Positions 1-10,533 of a stretch of DNA of 41,207 bases are shown one piece after another; positions within the stretch are counted from its first letter, which is position 1; each line of letters opens with the position of its first letter. The notes beneath the pieces are model-generated. The model was not told the origin of the DNA. It searched no databases and saw only the letters and a program-made list of their open reading frames with translations. The stretch is taken from sequence record DRR723986_10642; one strand, written 5' to 3'. Both the position numbers and the translations under genes were made by a program.

Positions 1-1
1 G

Positions 2-160
2 CTTGAAATTGCGGGTGTACACAACGTACTCGCCAAGTGCTATGGGTCTACCAACCCGGTAAACGTAGTGCGTGCAACAATTAAGGCACTGCAAAGTATC
101 TCTTCTCCTGAAGAAGTCGCAGCGAAGCGCGGCAAATCGGTAGAAGATATCCTGGGCTAA
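2..160 (+). CDS. rpsE: 30S ribosomal protein S5, C-terminal part (truncated by window start)
   Basis: Manual translation of frame 2: [31 protein letters not shown]...[14 protein letters not shown]; lies directly before rpmD-rplO. Confidence 0.96.
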   Translation, partial: LEIAGVHNVLAKCYGSTNPVNVVRATIKALQSISSPEEVAAKRGKSVEDILG

Positions 161-179
161 AAAAGGGGCAGGATTCATT

Positions 180-356
180 ATGAGCAAGATTAAAGTTACA
201 CAGGTCCGCTCAGTAGCGGGCCGATTGAAGGCTCACAAAGCCTGCGTTGCGGGCCTGGGTCTGCGTCGCATTGGTCACACTGTCGAAGTGGAAGACACTC
301 CTTCAGTACGTGGCATGATCAATAAAGTTAACTATCTGATTCGTGTTGAGGGTTAA
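180..356 (+). CDS. rpmD: 50S ribosomal protein L30 (58 aa, not in ORF track)
   Basis: Manual translation [58 protein letters not shown]; spc operon position. Confidence 0.97.
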   Translation: MSKIKVTQVRSVAGRLKAHKACVAGLGLRRIGHTVEVEDTPSVRGMINKVNYLIRVEG

Positions 357-359
357 AAA

Positions 360-803
360 ATGAGCGAGTTGCGTTTAAACACGCTGAGCCCCGCCCCAGG
401 TCGTGTTAAAGACGGCAAGCGGGTCGGACGCGGTATCGGTAGCGGCTTGGGTAAAACTGCGGGTCGTGGCCACAAAGGCCTGAAGTCTCGTTCAGGCGGT
501 AGCGTACGTCCCGGTTTCGAAGGCGGCCAAATGCCTTTGCAGAAACGCCTGCCGAAGTATGGTTTTACTTCTCGCATGGCCTCTGTAACCGCACAGATTC
601 GTACTTCTGAGCTGAATGCTGTTGGCGAAGATGTTGTCGATCTGGATGCGTTGAAGCGTGCCGACCTGGTGTCAAACAACATCGAGAGAGCGAAAGTCTT
701 TCTTTCTGGTGATGTGACCAAGGCTGTTACAGTTAAAGGTTTGGCTGTGACTAAAGGCGCCCGCGAAGCTATCGAAAAAGCTGGCGGCAAAGTCGAAGAA
801 TAG
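360..803 (+). CDS. rplO: 50S ribosomal protein L15
   Basis: [20 protein letters not shown] and GFEGGQMPL motifs; operon order. Confidence 0.98.
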   Translation: MSELRLNTLSPAPGRVKDGKRVGRGIGSGLGKTAGRGHKGLKSRSGGSVRPGFEGGQMPLQKRLPKYGFTSRMASVTAQIRTSELNAVGEDVVDLDALKRADLVSNNIERAKVFLSGDVTKAVTVKGLAVTKGAREAIEKAGGKVEE

Positions 804-816
804 GGAACTATAACCC

Positions 817-2145
817 ATGGCGAAATCCAGTCCTTTGACAACTGGAAAGCAGTCCGGACTAGGCGAGCTTATGGCTCGCCTTCGTTTTCTGTTGTTGGCG
901 ATAATTGTCTATCGCATCGGCACCCACATTCCGGTGCCCGGCATCAACCCGGATCAACTCGCCGCCCTGTTTAATCAAAATCAGGGTACGGTTCTTGGCC
1001 TGTTTAATATGTTCTCTGGTGGTGCACTAGAGCGCATGAGTATTCTGGCTTTGGGTATCATGCCTTACATTTCTGCATCCATTATTATGCAGCTAATGTC
1101 CGCCGTGAGCCCGCAGCTGGAAGCCCTTAAGAAGGAAGGTGAAGCCGGCCGCAGACAAATCAGTCAGTACACCCGTTATTTGACGGTGGTGTTGGCCTTG
1201 TTGCAAGCGACAGGTATGACGGTTGGCCTGGCTAACCAGGGCCTCGCCTTTAATGCGGATATCAGCTTTTACTTCACCGCGGTGGTTTCTCTGGTAACGG
1301 GCGCTGTCTTCATGATGTGGCTCGGCGAGCAAGTCACCGAGCGAGGTATCGGTAACGGTATTTCTATGCTGATTTTCGCCGGTATTGTTGCAGGGCTGCC
1401 TTCGGCTGTTGGGCAATCTTTAGAGCAGGCTCGTCAAGGCGAGTTGAATGTACTGGTGTTGCTGGCGATTTTGGTTCTGGCAGTTGCGGTAATTTACTTG
1501 GTGGTCTTCATCGAGCGTGGCCAGCGCCGCATCACGGTGAACTACGCCAAGCAGCAACGCGGCAATCGGATGTATCAGGCTCAGTCAAGCCATTTGCCTC
1601 TGAAGGTGAACATGGCCGGTGTTATACCTGCTATTTTCGCATCCTCGATTCTGCTGTTTCCTGCGTCTATCGCGCAGTGGGTAGGACAAAGTAATGAGGG
1701 TATGGAGTGGCTGCAAGAGTTGGCATTGGCTATTGGCCCCGGTCAACCACTCAATATCATTCTATTTACAGCCTTGATTGTCTTCTTCTGCTTCTTCTAC
1801 ACCGCGTTGATGTTTAACCCGGATGAAGTCGCGGATAACTTGAAGCGTTCAGGTGCTTTTTTGCCAGGTATTCGCCCTGGTAAGCAGACGGCAAGTTACA
1901 TTGATGATGTGCTTACTCGCCTGACAATGTTTGGTTCGCTATATATCGCCGGTGTCTGCCTGCTGCCACAGTTTTTGGTAGTTATGTGGAACGTTCCGTT
2001 CTATCTGGGTGGTACATCGCTGCTGATCGTAGTGGTCGTGGTTATGGACTTCATGGCACAAGTACAGTCGCACATGATGTCTCACCAATACGACTCGGTG
2101 ATGAAAAAAGCTAACCTGAAAAATTACGGTAGCGGCGCCCGCTAA
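817..2145 (+). CDS. secY: Preprotein translocase subunit SecY
   Basis: Multi-TM protein with [47 protein letters not shown]. Confidence 0.99.
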   Translation: MAKSSPLTTGKQSGLGELMARLRFLLLAIIVYRIGTHIPVPGINPDQLAALFNQNQGTVLGLFNMFSGGALERMSILALGIMPYISASIIMQLMSAVSPQLEALKKEGEAGRRQISQYTRYLTVVLALLQATGMTVGLANQGLAFNADISFYFTAVVSLVTGAVFMMWLGEQVTERGIGNGISMLIFAGIVAGLPSAVGQSLEQARQGELNVLVLLAILVLAVAVIYLVVFIERGQRRITVNYAKQQRGNRMYQAQSSHLPLKVNMAGVIPAIFASSILLFPASIAQWVGQSNEGMEWLQELALAIGPGQPLNIILFTALIVFFCFFYTALMFNPDEVADNLKRSGAFLPGIRPGKQTASYIDDVLTRLTMFGSLYIAGVCLLPQFLVVMWNVPFYLGGTSLLIVVVVVMDFMAQVQSHMMSHQYDSVMKKANLKNYGSGAR

Positions 2146-2177
2146 TCGCGGCGCAGCAATTTGTTTGGAGTGTCGTC

Positions 2178-2294
2178 ATGAAAGTTCGTGCATCGGTAAA
2201 GAAAATTTGCCGCAACTGCAAAATCGTTCGTCGCAAAGGTGTTGTTCGCGTTATCTGTAGCGCAGAGCCACGTCATAAGCAGCGGCAGGGCTGA
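2178..2294 (+). CDS. rpmJ: 50S ribosomal protein L36, Zn-binding (C+) type (38 aa, not in ORF track)
   Basis: Manual translation [44 protein letters not shown] upstream. Confidence 0.98.
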   Translation: MKVRASVKKICRNCKIVRRKGVVRVICSAEPRHKQRQG

Positions 2295-2314
2295 GCAAAA
2301 TTTGGTCGCTGGGC

Positions 2315-2343
2315 TTGAAACCCGGCCCGGTTGTAGATAGACT
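2315..2343 (+). promoter_or_regulatory. Candidate sigma70 promoter of the alpha operon
   Basis: TTGAAA (2315-2320), 17 bp, TAGACT (2338-2343), then GC-rich discriminator-like ACGGCGCC; expected position upstream of rpsM. Confidence 0.6.
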
Positions 2344-2426
2344 ACGGCGCCTTTCGCGCGGGGTCTGTTCATCTGGCCAGATTTTGTCAAGCGTTAAAAG
2401 TTAAAGCTTTAATTGGAGTAATCTGA

Positions 2427-2783
2427 ATGGCTCGTATTGCGGGTGTTAACATACCAGATAACAAGCATGCCGTTATTTCGTTGACTTATATCTACGGAAT
2501 TGGTCGCACAACTGCTAAAAAATTGTGCGCGGGCAACAACATTGCGGAAGACGCGAAAATCGCTGACCTGACTGAAGAGCAGCTCGATTCACTGCGTAAC
2601 GCAATTGCCAAAATGACGGTAGAAGGCGATCTGCGCCGCGAAGTATCTATGAACATCAAGCGTCTGCTGGACCTTGGCTGTTTCCGTGGGCTGCGTCACC
2701 GTAAGGGTCTTCCCCTGCGTGGTCAGCGTACGAAAACTAACGCGCGTACTCGCAAGGGTCCACGTAAGCCGATTCGCAAGTAA
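2427..2783 (+). CDS. rpsM: 30S ribosomal protein S13
   Basis: [10 protein letters not shown]...[25 protein letters not shown]. Confidence 0.99.
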   Translation: MARIAGVNIPDNKHAVISLTYIYGIGRTTAKKLCAGNNIAEDAKIADLTEEQLDSLRNAIAKMTVEGDLRREVSMNIKRLLDLGCFRGLRHRKGLPLRGQRTKTNARTRKGPRKPIRK

Positions 2784-2857
2784 TTGCGAAGCAGCAAAGC
2801 GCCTTTAGTGTAGCTACACCACTAGTGTAGTGTTGATATTAGAAGCAGGAAGTAAAC

Positions 2858-3250
2858 ATGGCTAAACCAGGCAAGCAAGCGCCTCGCAAGAAGGTCAAAA
2901 AGACCGTTGTCGATGGCGTCGCGCATATTCATGCGTCATTCAACAACACCATCATCACCATTACAGACCGCCAAGGAAACACTCTGAGCTGGGCAACAGC
3001 TGGTGGTAGTGGTTTCCGCGGTTCGCGTAAAAGCACCCCCTTTGCTGCACAGGTTGCAGCAGAGCGCGCGGGTAATGCTGCGAAAGACTACGGTCTTAAA
3101 AATCTTGACGTAGAAGTTAAAGGTCCCGGACCTGGCCGTGAGTCGGCTGTTCGCGCTTTGAACAACTGCGGCTACAAGATCACCAACATCACAGACGTGA
3201 CGCCCATCCCCCATAATGGTTGCCGTCCTCCCAAGAAACGTCGCGTGTAA
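2858..3250 (+). CDS. rpsK: 30S ribosomal protein S11
   Basis: [37 protein letters not shown]. Confidence 0.99.
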   Translation: MAKPGKQAPRKKVKKTVVDGVAHIHASFNNTIITITDRQGNTLSWATAGGSGFRGSRKSTPFAAQVAAERAGNAAKDYGLKNLDVEVKGPGPGRESAVRALNNCGYKITNITDVTPIPHNGCRPPKKRRV

Positions 3251-3273
3251 TTAACAGTTGAGGAATAGTTAAC

Positions 3274-3894
3274 ATGGCTAGATATTTAGGCCCGAGCTGT
3301 AAATTAGCAAGACGGGAAGGCACTGACCTGTTTTTGAAGAGTGGCGTTCGTCCTCTGGATTCTAAGTGCAAAGCCGAAAACGCTCCCGGTATGCACGGTG
3401 CGCGTCGCGGACGTTTGTCCGACTACGGCGTTCAGCTTCGCGAAAAGCAAAAAGTTCGTCGTATGTACGGTGTTCTGGAAAAGCAATTCCGTAGCTACTA
3501 CAAGAAAGCGGCAAGCAAGAAGGGCGCAACTGGTGAAAACCTGCTGCAATACCTCGAAGGCCGTTTGGACAATGTTGTATACCGTATTGGTTTCGGTTCT
3601 ACTCGTGCCGAAGCGCGTCAGTTGGTATCACATAAAGGTATCCTCGTTAATGGCCAGACCGTTAACGTACCGTCTTATCAGGTTCAGCCTGGTGACGTGA
3701 TTAGCCTGCGTGAAAAAGCGAAGAAGCAACTTCGTGTTCAGTCCGCACTTGCACTTGCAGCACAGCGCGGCGACGTGTCTTGGATTGATGTAAACAGCGA
3801 CAAAATGGAAGCCGTTTACAAAAATGCACCAGACCGTAGCGACTTGTCTTCAGAGATCAATGAACAGCTGATCGTTGAGCTTTACTCGAAGTAA
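3274..3894 (+). CDS. rpsD: 30S ribosomal protein S4
   Basis: [42 protein letters not shown]. Confidence 0.99.
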   Translation: MARYLGPSCKLARREGTDLFLKSGVRPLDSKCKAENAPGMHGARRGRLSDYGVQLREKQKVRRMYGVLEKQFRSYYKKAASKKGATGENLLQYLEGRLDNVVYRIGFGSTRAEARQLVSHKGILVNGQTVNVPSYQVQPGDVISLREKAKKQLRVQSALALAAQRGDVSWIDVNSDKMEAVYKNAPDRSDLSSEINEQLIVELYSK

Positions 3895-3927
3895 GTTATT
3901 TCCGGACATTCTCACTACAGGTGATCT

Positions 3928-4929
3928 ATGCAAAGTGCAGTGAATGAATTTTTAACACCGCGAGTGATCCAGGTTGAAGAGCAGGGTCAAACTCGCGCGA
4001 AAGTCACCTTGGAGCCGCTTGAGCGTGGTTTTGGGCATACCCTGGGTAACGCCTTGCGCCGTATTTTGCTGTCTTCAATGCCTGGTTGTGCGGTGACCGA
4101 AGCTGAAATCGACGGTGTGTTGCACGAATACAGCGCAATGGAAGGTGTTCAGGAAGACGTTATCGAAATCCTGCTTAACCTGAAAGAAGTGGCGGTGATT
4201 CTTCATGGTAAAGACCAAGCTGTATTAACACTCAGTAAAAAAGGCGAAGGCCCGGTAACTGCTGGTGATATTCAGACTGACCATGAAGTTGAAATCGTCA
4301 ACCAGGATCACGTCATCGCCAACCTGAATTCTGGTGGCGAGCTGAATATGCGCCTCACGGTTGCTCGCGGTCGTGGCTATGTCCCCGCCGACGTTCGCAA
4401 CGGTGGCGAGGAAGAGACACGCTCTATCGGTCGTTTGCAGTTGGATGCTAGCTACAGCCCAATCAGCCGCGTTAGCTACGTTGTAGAAAATGCGCGGGTA
4501 GAGCAGCGCACCGACCTCGACAAGTTGGTACTGGATCTCGAAACCAACGGCACCATTGATCCTGAAGAGGCGATCCGTCGCGCGGCGACTATTCTTCAGC
4601 AGCAGCTGGCGGTGTTCGTTGATCTTGAAAGCGAAGGTGAGAAAGAGCCCTCGCGTGAAGAGAACGAAGTTGATCCTATCCTGCTTCGCCCTGTCGACGA
4701 TCTCGAGTTGACCGTGCGCAGTGCGAACTGTCTGAAAGCTGAAAATATTTACTACATCGGTGACCTGGTACAGCGTACCGAAGTTGAGCTTCTGAAAACG
4801 CCGAACCTCGGCAAGAAGTCTCTGACTGAGATCAAAGATGTATTGGCTTCTCGTGGCTTGTCTTTGGGCTTGCGCCTAGACAATTGGCCACCGGCTAGCC
4901 TGAGAAACGACGACCGGGTTCTTGCGTAA
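3928..4929 (+). CDS. rpoA: RNA polymerase subunit alpha
   Basis: [23 protein letters not shown]; alpha-[14 protein letters not shown]...[12 protein letters not shown]. Confidence 0.99.
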   Translation: MQSAVNEFLTPRVIQVEEQGQTRAKVTLEPLERGFGHTLGNALRRILLSSMPGCAVTEAEIDGVLHEYSAMEGVQEDVIEILLNLKEVAVILHGKDQAVLTLSKKGEGPVTAGDIQTDHEVEIVNQDHVIANLNSGGELNMRLTVARGRGYVPADVRNGGEEETRSIGRLQLDASYSPISRVSYVVENARVEQRTDLDKLVLDLETNGTIDPEEAIRRAATILQQQLAVFVDLESEGEKEPSREENEVDPILLRPVDDLELTVRSANCLKAENIYYIGDLVQRTEVELLKTPNLGKKSLTEIKDVLASRGLSLGLRLDNWPPASLRNDDRVLA

Positions 4930-4985
4930 GCATTGAACCGAAGATTATTTTGCTGAGATAGCAACGTTTATTAAAGGAAAAAGCC

Positions 4986-5375
4986 ATGCGTCATCGTCAT
5001 AGCGGCCGTCAACTGAACCGCAATAGCTCGCATCGCAAAGCGATGTTTCGCAATATGACGGCTTCATTGGTAGAGCACGAATTGATTAAAACGACTCTGC
5101 CTAAAGCCAAGGAACTTCGCCGTCACGCGGAGCCACTGATTACTCTCGCAAAAACAGATAGTGTTGCAAACCGCCGTTTGGCCTTTGCGCGTCTGCGTAG
5201 CGACGAGGCAGTGGGTAAGTTGTTCAACGAGCTTGGCCCGCGTTACGCGGCTCGCCCAGGCGGTTACATTCGCATTATGAAGTGTGGTCTGCGTACTGGC
5301 GACAAAGCTCCTATGGCTTACGTCGAGCTAGTTGATCGCCCAGTTGCGGATGAGATCGAAGACGACGAAGAGTAA
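4986..5375 (+). CDS. rplQ: 50S ribosomal protein L17
   Basis: [43 protein letters not shown]. Confidence 0.99.
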   Translation: MRHRHSGRQLNRNSSHRKAMFRNMTASLVEHELIKTTLPKAKELRRHAEPLITLAKTDSVANRRLAFARLRSDEAVGKLFNELGPRYAARPGGYIRIMKCGLRTGDKAPMAYVELVDRPVADEIEDDEE

Positions 5376-5394
5376 GCTCTTCGCTGTTTCGACA

Positions 5395-5431
5395 GCATAA
5401 AAAAAGCCGGCTATGCCGGCTTTTTTTATGC
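5395..5431. terminator. Bidirectional rho-independent terminator between rplQ and uvrA
   Basis: GCATAAAAAAAGCCGG-CTATG-CCGGCTTTTTTTATGC: inverted repeat with A- and T-tracts, between convergent genes. Confidence 0.9.
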
Positions 5432-5457
5432 CTGTTGATTAGTAATAGCTTGCCGTA

Positions 5458-8283
5458 TTACTTGAGCATGGGTTTTAAAAAGCGCCCGGTGTGGGACGCG
5501 GCAACTTGTGCAAGTGTTTCAGGGCTTCCCTCGGCGATGATTTGACCGCCACCGCTGCCGCCCTCGGGCCCCAGATCAACAAGCCAGTCGGCGGTCTTAA
5601 TAACATCGAGATTGTGTTCGATGACCACCACGGTGTTACCGTGGTCACGCAGCCGGTGGAGTACCGTCAATAGCAGTTGAATGTCCTCGAAGTGCAGGCC
5701 GGTGGTTGGCTCATCGAGAATGTAAAGGGTTTTGCCGGTGTCGCGCTTGGAGAGTTCTTTGGCAAGCTTTACGCGCTGCGCTTCACCACCCGACAGGGTT
5801 GTTGCCGCCTGGCCCAGGCGAATATAGCTCAGGCCGACGTCCATTAGCGTTTGAAGCTTTTTCGCAATAGCTGGCACATTTTCGAAGAAGCTGTTGGCGT
5901 CTTCGACGGTCATCTCCAGCACTTCGTGGATGTTTTTTCCTTTGTATAAAATGTCGAGTGTCTCGCGATTATAGCGTTTGCCCTGGCAAACCTCGCAGGC
6001 GACGTAGATGTCTGGCAGGAAGTGCATCTCTACCTTAGTAACCCCGTCACCTTGGCAGGCTTCGCAGCGGCCGCCCTTGACGTTAAAGCTAAAGCGGCCA
6101 ACTTTGTAGCCTCTGGATCGCGCCTCCTGAGTGCCGGCAAAAAGCTCTCGGATGGGGGTAAAGATTCCGGTATAGGTCGCCGGGTTGGAGCGAGGGGTTC
6201 GGCCTATTGGGCTCTGGTCGATGTCGATGCATTTATCGACGAGATCCAAGCCCTTGATGTCGCTATATGGTGCGGGTTTCAGCGTGGTGGCGCCGTTCAA
6301 CACAGTCGCCGCAATCGGGTATAGGGTGTGGTTGATCAGCGTTGATTTCCCTGAGCCTGAGACACCGGTAATGCAGGTCATCAAGCCCAAGGGGATATGC
6401 AAGTCGACGTCTTGGAGGTTGTTGCCTATGGCGCCTTCTAGGTGAATGTAGCGTTCGGGATCCGGTTGGTGACGCGCTGTGGGGATCGCGATACAGCGTT
6501 TCCCGGACAAATAATCGCCAGTAAGGGATTGGTCACTGCTTAGTATGTCGTCCAAGCTTCCCTCTGCCACGACTTGGCCGCCGTGAACACCTGCCCCGGG
6601 GCCGATATCAATAATGTGGTCGGCAGTGCGTATCGCATCTTCATCATGTTCAACAACAATGACGGTATTTCCGATATCGCGCAGGTGGCGCAGGGTGTTG
6701 AGAAGTCGTTCGTTGTCGCGTTGGTGCAGGCCTATCGACGGTTCATCCAGGATATACATCACGCCTACGAGGCCTGCGCCGATCTGACTGGCGAGACGGA
6801 TGCGCTGTGCCTCACCCCCTGAAAGGGTATCGGCGCTGCGGTCGAGGCTCAGGTAATTCAGGCCAACATCCACCAGAAAGCGCAGGCGGTCGTTGATCTC
6901 TTTCAATATTTTTTCAGCTATTTGTGCCCGGCGACCGCTCAGCGCTAAATTTTCGAAATACTGTTTGGCGGCGCCCACCGGCATCGAGGCAATATCGGGC
7001 AGCGTTTGCTCTTCGATAAAGACATGTCTGGCTTCCTTGCGCAGCCGCGTGCCCTGACAGTCCGGGCACGCGTGAGTGCTCAGGAATTTACTCAGGTCTT
7101 CGCGTACGGTCTGCGATTCGGTGTCTCGATAGCGGCGTTCCATATTGGGAATAACGCCTTCGAAGCGGTGCTTGCGTTGGAAGCTGTCGCCGCGATCATT
7201 GATATAGGTAAAGCTGATCTCCTCGTTACCGCTGCCGTGCAAAATGCGCTGCTTATTTGCTTTGCTCAGGGATTCGAAGGGTGCGTCAATGTCGAAATCA
7301 TAGTGTTCGGCCAGTGACTTCAACATATGAAAATAATAAACGCTGCGCCGATCCCAGCCGCGGATCGCCCCAGTGGAGAGGCTGGCCTCGGGATGCTGCA
7401 CAATGCGTGACTCATCAAAGAATTGTCTAACGCCGAGTCCGTCGCAGCTGCCACATGCGCCAAGCGGGCTGTTGAAGGAAAACAGTCTGGGCTCTAATTC
7501 GCTTAAGCTATAGCCACAGTGAGGGCAGGCAAATTTAGCGGAAAAGCTAAGCTCTGCTTTGCTTGGGTCATCCATGTCGGCAACGCTGGCAATGCCGTCG
7601 GTGAGCTCCAGGGCGGTCTCGAAAGACTCGGCCAGACGTTGGGCTAAATCGCTGCGCACTTTGAAGCGGTCGACTACCACGTCAATGGAATGTTTCTTTT
7701 TCTTATCGAGCGTGGGGGCGTCATCCAAATCGACGACGATGCCGTCGATACGCGCACGCACGAAACCCTGGCTGCGCAGTTTGTCTAGCACATGAAGGTG
7801 TTCGCCTTTGCGGTTTTTGATCACTGGGGCGAGCATCATCATCTTGCTGCCCTCGGGAAGAGATAAAACGGTGTCGACCATTTGGCTCACCGTCTGTGCG
7901 GCCAGTGGCGCGTCGTGATCGGGGCAGCGCGGTTCGCCGGCGCGGGCGAACAGCAGGCGCAAGTAGTCGTAGATCTCGGTGATGGTGCCCACGGTCGAGC
8001 GCGGGTTGTGAGAGGTCGACTTTTGCTCAATAGAAATGGCTGGCGACAAGCCGTCGATGTGGTCGACATCGGGCTTTTCCATCATGGACAGGAACTGCCG
8101 TGCATAGGTCGACAGCGACTCAACGTAACGCCGCTGGCCTTCAGCGTACAGCGTGTCAAAGGCGAGGGACGATTTGCCAGAGCCAGACAGGCCGGTGATG
8201 ACAACCAGCTTGTCACGGGGAATCTCCAGGTCGATATTCTTCAGATTGTGGGTGCGAGCACCGCGAACGATAATCCGATCCAT
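5458..8283 (-). CDS. uvrA: Excinuclease ABC subunit UvrA
   Basis: [16 protein letters not shown]; two Walker A motifs ([18 protein letters not shown]), LSGGEAQR twice, Zn-finger CxxC pairs; start placed at ATG 8283 rather than the ORF-track 8340. Confidence 0.98.
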   Translation of the reverse strand: MDRIIVRGARTHNLKNIDLEIPRDKLVVITGLSGSGKSSLAFDTLYAEGQRRYVESLSTYARQFLSMMEKPDVDHIDGLSPAISIEQKSTSHNPRSTVGTITEIYDYLRLLFARAGEPRCPDHDAPLAAQTVSQMVDTVLSLPEGSKMMMLAPVIKNRKGEHLHVLDKLRSQGFVRARIDGIVVDLDDAPTLDKKKKHSIDVVVDRFKVRSDLAQRLAESFETALELTDGIASVADMDDPSKAELSFSAKFACPHCGYSLSELEPRLFSFNSPLGACGSCDGLGVRQFFDESRIVQHPEASLSTGAIRGWDRRSVYYFHMLKSLAEHYDFDIDAPFESLSKANKQRILHGSGNEEISFTYINDRGDSFQRKHRFEGVIPNMERRYRDTESQTVREDLSKFLSTHACPDCQGTRLRKEARHVFIEEQTLPDIASMPVGAAKQYFENLALSGRRAQIAEKILKEINDRLRFLVDVGLNYLSLDRSADTLSGGEAQRIRLASQIGAGLVGVMYILDEPSIGLHQRDNERLLNTLRHLRDIGNTVIVVEHDEDAIRTADHIIDIGPGAGVHGGQVVAEGSLDDILSSDQSLTGDYLSGKRCIAIPTARHQPDPERYIHLEGAIGNNLQDVDLHIPLGLMTCITGVSGSGKSTLINHTLYPIAATVLNGATTLKPAPYSDIKGLDLVDKCIDIDQSPIGRTPRSNPATYTGIFTPIRELFAGTQEARSRGYKVGRFSFNVKGGRCEACQGDGVTKVEMHFLPDIYVACEVCQGKRYNRETLDILYKGKNIHEVLEMTVEDANSFFENVPAIAKKLQTLMDVGLSYIRLGQAATTLSGGEAQRVKLAKELSKRDTGKTLYILDEPTTGLHFEDIQLLLTVLHRLRDHGNTVVVIEHNLDVIKTADWLVDLGPEGGSGGGQIIAEGSPETLAQVAASHTGRFLKPMLK

Positions 8284-8436
8284 TACAAACCCCGATAAAA
8301 CAAACCCAACATTATACGGGGCGGAATCAAGGCGGCGCAAAGGCCAACTGGTTTTTTAGGGGGCGGCAAACTGGTAGACTACTGGCCGTTACTTCATTGA
8401 TCACCGCTCGGGAATTTTCCGCACTTGAACTCCTCC

Positions 8437-9786
8437 ATGTCTGCGCTGGAGCGTCGCGCTGTTGCAGCGTTGGCCTGTTTATACGTATTCCGCATGCTCG
8501 GCTTGTTTATGCTGCTGCCGGTTTTACCTCTCTATGCTGCGGACTACGCTTTTAGCACACCGGTTTTGGTTGGTCTTGCGCTGGGTATCTATGGCCTCGG
8601 GCAGGCTGTGCTGCAAATTCCGCTCGGTATGCTGTCGGACAGGATTGGTCGCAAGCCGGTTATCGTGGCGGGCTTATTATTGTTCGCCGCTGGCGGTGTG
8701 CTTGCAGCATCTGCTGAATCGATATTTACGGTGATATTTGGTCGGCTTATGCAGGGGGGCGGGGCAATAGCCAGTACGCTGACGGCGACCGTTGCCGACT
8801 TAACGCGAGAGCAGCACCGCAGTAAGGCGATGGCCGCCATCGGTGTCAGCATTGGGGTTTCCTTCGCGGTAGCAATGGTGGTTGGCCCCGGCGTCGCGGC
8901 CAGCTTTGGTGTTCCGGCGTTATTCTTGTTGACCTCGGCGCTCGCCATACTTGGCGTGGTGGTGGCCGTCTTTGTGGTGCCGTCCTCGCGCATCCAGTCT
9001 CGCGACCCGAGCGCCCGACCACTGGCAAGCTTGTTGTTGCGCTGTATTCGCAGTCCGTCTTTGATGCGTTTGAATGTGGGGGTTTTCGTCCTGCATATGG
9101 CCATGATGGCACTATTTTTGGTGTTGCCAGCCCGCCTTACGGAGCTGGGGCTGGCGCCTGCCGAGCATTGGATGGTGTACTTGCCTGTTATGGCCGCCGC
9201 GTTTGTATTGATGGTTCCGGCATTAATTGTCGCCGAGAAAAAGTCATGGCAGGCGCTGATTTTGCGCCTTGCGATCGCCCTCTTAGCGGGGGTATTGCTG
9301 CTCGCGTCGGTATTGCCGTTCTCTTTGGTTTCGGTCTTGGCAGTGTTGCTGCTGTTCTTTACGGCTTTTAACTACCTCGAAGCATCGTTGCCTGCATTGT
9401 TGAGTCGCAGCGTATATGCGGGGGGCAAGGGCACGGCGATGGGCGTTTTTGCCAGCTTCCAATTCATGGGCGCGTTTTGCGGCGGTGCGCTAGGGGGATG
9501 GGTGCTGGGACACTGGGGAGAAGCTGCAGTGTTTCTTGCGGCGGGTCTTGCCGGTTTACTTTGGCTGGCGTGCACCGTCGGCATGGTGCTTCCTGTTCAG
9601 AATATTAGCGTTACCCTAAGCTGGCCGCAGGGCGGTTGGGGGTATGAGCGTTTGCGAAACGAGGTATTGTGTCTGCCGGGCACATTAGACGTGACGGTCT
9701 TTGAGGACGAGCGCCAGGCCTATCTGCGAGTATCCAAGGGCTTTGATTTAGCTCAGTTGCCCGCTGAGCTTTACCGCCGGGACTAA
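8437..9786 (+). CDS. MFS transporter, YajR-like
   Basis: About 12 hydrophobic segments, motif A-like GMLSDRIGRKP, small soluble C-terminal domain; conserved uvrA-MFS-ssb synteny; start could be TTG 8425 or ATG 8437. Confidence 0.88.
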   Translation: MSALERRAVAALACLYVFRMLGLFMLLPVLPLYAADYAFSTPVLVGLALGIYGLGQAVLQIPLGMLSDRIGRKPVIVAGLLLFAAGGVLAASAESIFTVIFGRLMQGGGAIASTLTATVADLTREQHRSKAMAAIGVSIGVSFAVAMVVGPGVAASFGVPALFLLTSALAILGVVVAVFVVPSSRIQSRDPSARPLASLLLRCIRSPSLMRLNVGVFVLHMAMMALFLVLPARLTELGLAPAEHWMVYLPVMAAAFVLMVPALIVAEKKSWQALILRLAIALLAGVLLLASVLPFSLVSVLAVLLLFFTAFNYLEASLPALLSRSVYAGGKGTAMGVFASFQFMGAFCGGALGGWVLGHWGEAAVFLAAGLAGLLWLACTVGMVLPVQNISVTLSWPQGGWGYERLRNEVLCLPGTLDVTVFEDERQAYLRVSKGFDLAQLPAELYRRD

Positions 9787-9864
9787 TGACGGGTTCCGGC
9801 AGAATCCGGTATAGTGGTGACTGTCATTTGGCAGGCCGCAGACAGTAATAATAGGAGAGTGCGC

Positions 9865-10392
9865 ATGGCGCGAGGTATCAACAAAGTTATCTTGGTGGGG
9901 AATCTTGGCCAAGACCCAGAGACTCGATATATGCCTTCTGGGGGAGCCGTGACAAATGTCACCATCGCGACCAGTGAGACGTGGAAGGACAAGCAAACTG
10001 GCCAGCCGCAAGAGCGTACAGAATGGCACCGGGTGGTGTTCTTCAATCGGCTGGCTGAAATCGCGGGTGAGTATTTGAAAAAAGGCTCAAAGGTCTACGT
10101 TGAGGGATCTCTGCGCACTCGCAAATGGCAGGATCAAAGTGGCCAAGACCGTTACACCACCGAGATTGTTGCTGCTGAAATGCAAATGCTCGACAGCCGT
10201 AGCGGTGGTGGCATGTCTGGTGGTTATGGCGACGATGGCTACTCCCAAGCGCAGGCGCCTCAGCAGCGTCGCCAAGCAGCACCTGCTCCATCAGCACCGC
10301 AGCGCCAAGCCCCTCCGCAACAGCAGGCGCCCGCCCAGCAAAACGCTCCTGCTCCTGGTTTTGACGACTTTGATGACGATATTCCGTTCTAA
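9865..10392 (+). CDS. ssb: Single-stranded DNA-binding protein
   Basis: [29 protein letters not shown]-rich linker, C-terminal DDDIPF; SD AGGAG before ATG 9865. Confidence 0.98.
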   Translation: MARGINKVILVGNLGQDPETRYMPSGGAVTNVTIATSETWKDKQTGQPQERTEWHRVVFFNRLAEIAGEYLKKGSKVYVEGSLRTRKWQDQSGQDRYTTEIVAAEMQMLDSRSGGGMSGGYGDDGYSQAQAPQQRRQAAPAPSAPQRQAPPQQQAPAQQNAPAPGFDDFDDDIPF

Positions 10393-10397
10393 AAAAT
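10384..10397 (+). repeat. attL candidate (imperfect direct repeat covering the last ssb codons)
   Basis: CCGTTCTAAAAAAT, an 11/14 match to 19138-19151. Confidence 0.75.
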
Positions 10398-10409
10398 ACC
10401 ATTGATTTT

Positions 10410-10524
10410 AATGTAAAGAATATTCATGTTAGCCCCGTAATTAGGGGCTTCCTTGATTTTTGCAGTGTAAAATATTTCTTGCAGGTCTCATGGTTCTCGG
10501 CTACCTTTATAAAATGTAAAGAAT
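10410..10524 (+). repeat. Left-end 12-bp direct repeats (candidate recombinase-binding sites)
   Basis: AATGTAAAGAAT at 10410-10421 and 10513-10524; degenerate TGTAAAATAT near 10466. Confidence 0.6.
10431..10461 (+). terminator. Possible island-supplied terminator downstream of ssb
   Basis: AGCCCC-GTAATTA-GGGGCT hairpin followed by TCCTTGATTTTT (interrupted T-tract). Confidence 0.4.
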
Positions 10525-10533
10525 GGTGCCTGT

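Noticed and set aside
8284-8436. LexA (SOS) box upstream of uvrA / MFS-ssb
   Set aside because: Only CTGG half-site-like sequences are present; no CTG-N10-CAG palindrome was found by eye.
10240-10360. CAG/GCG-rich short repeats in ssb (and GAT/GAC repeats at 30974-31022 in obgE)
   Set aside because: These encode the normal low-complexity SSB linker and ObgE acidic tail; they are not CRISPR arrays or independent repeats.
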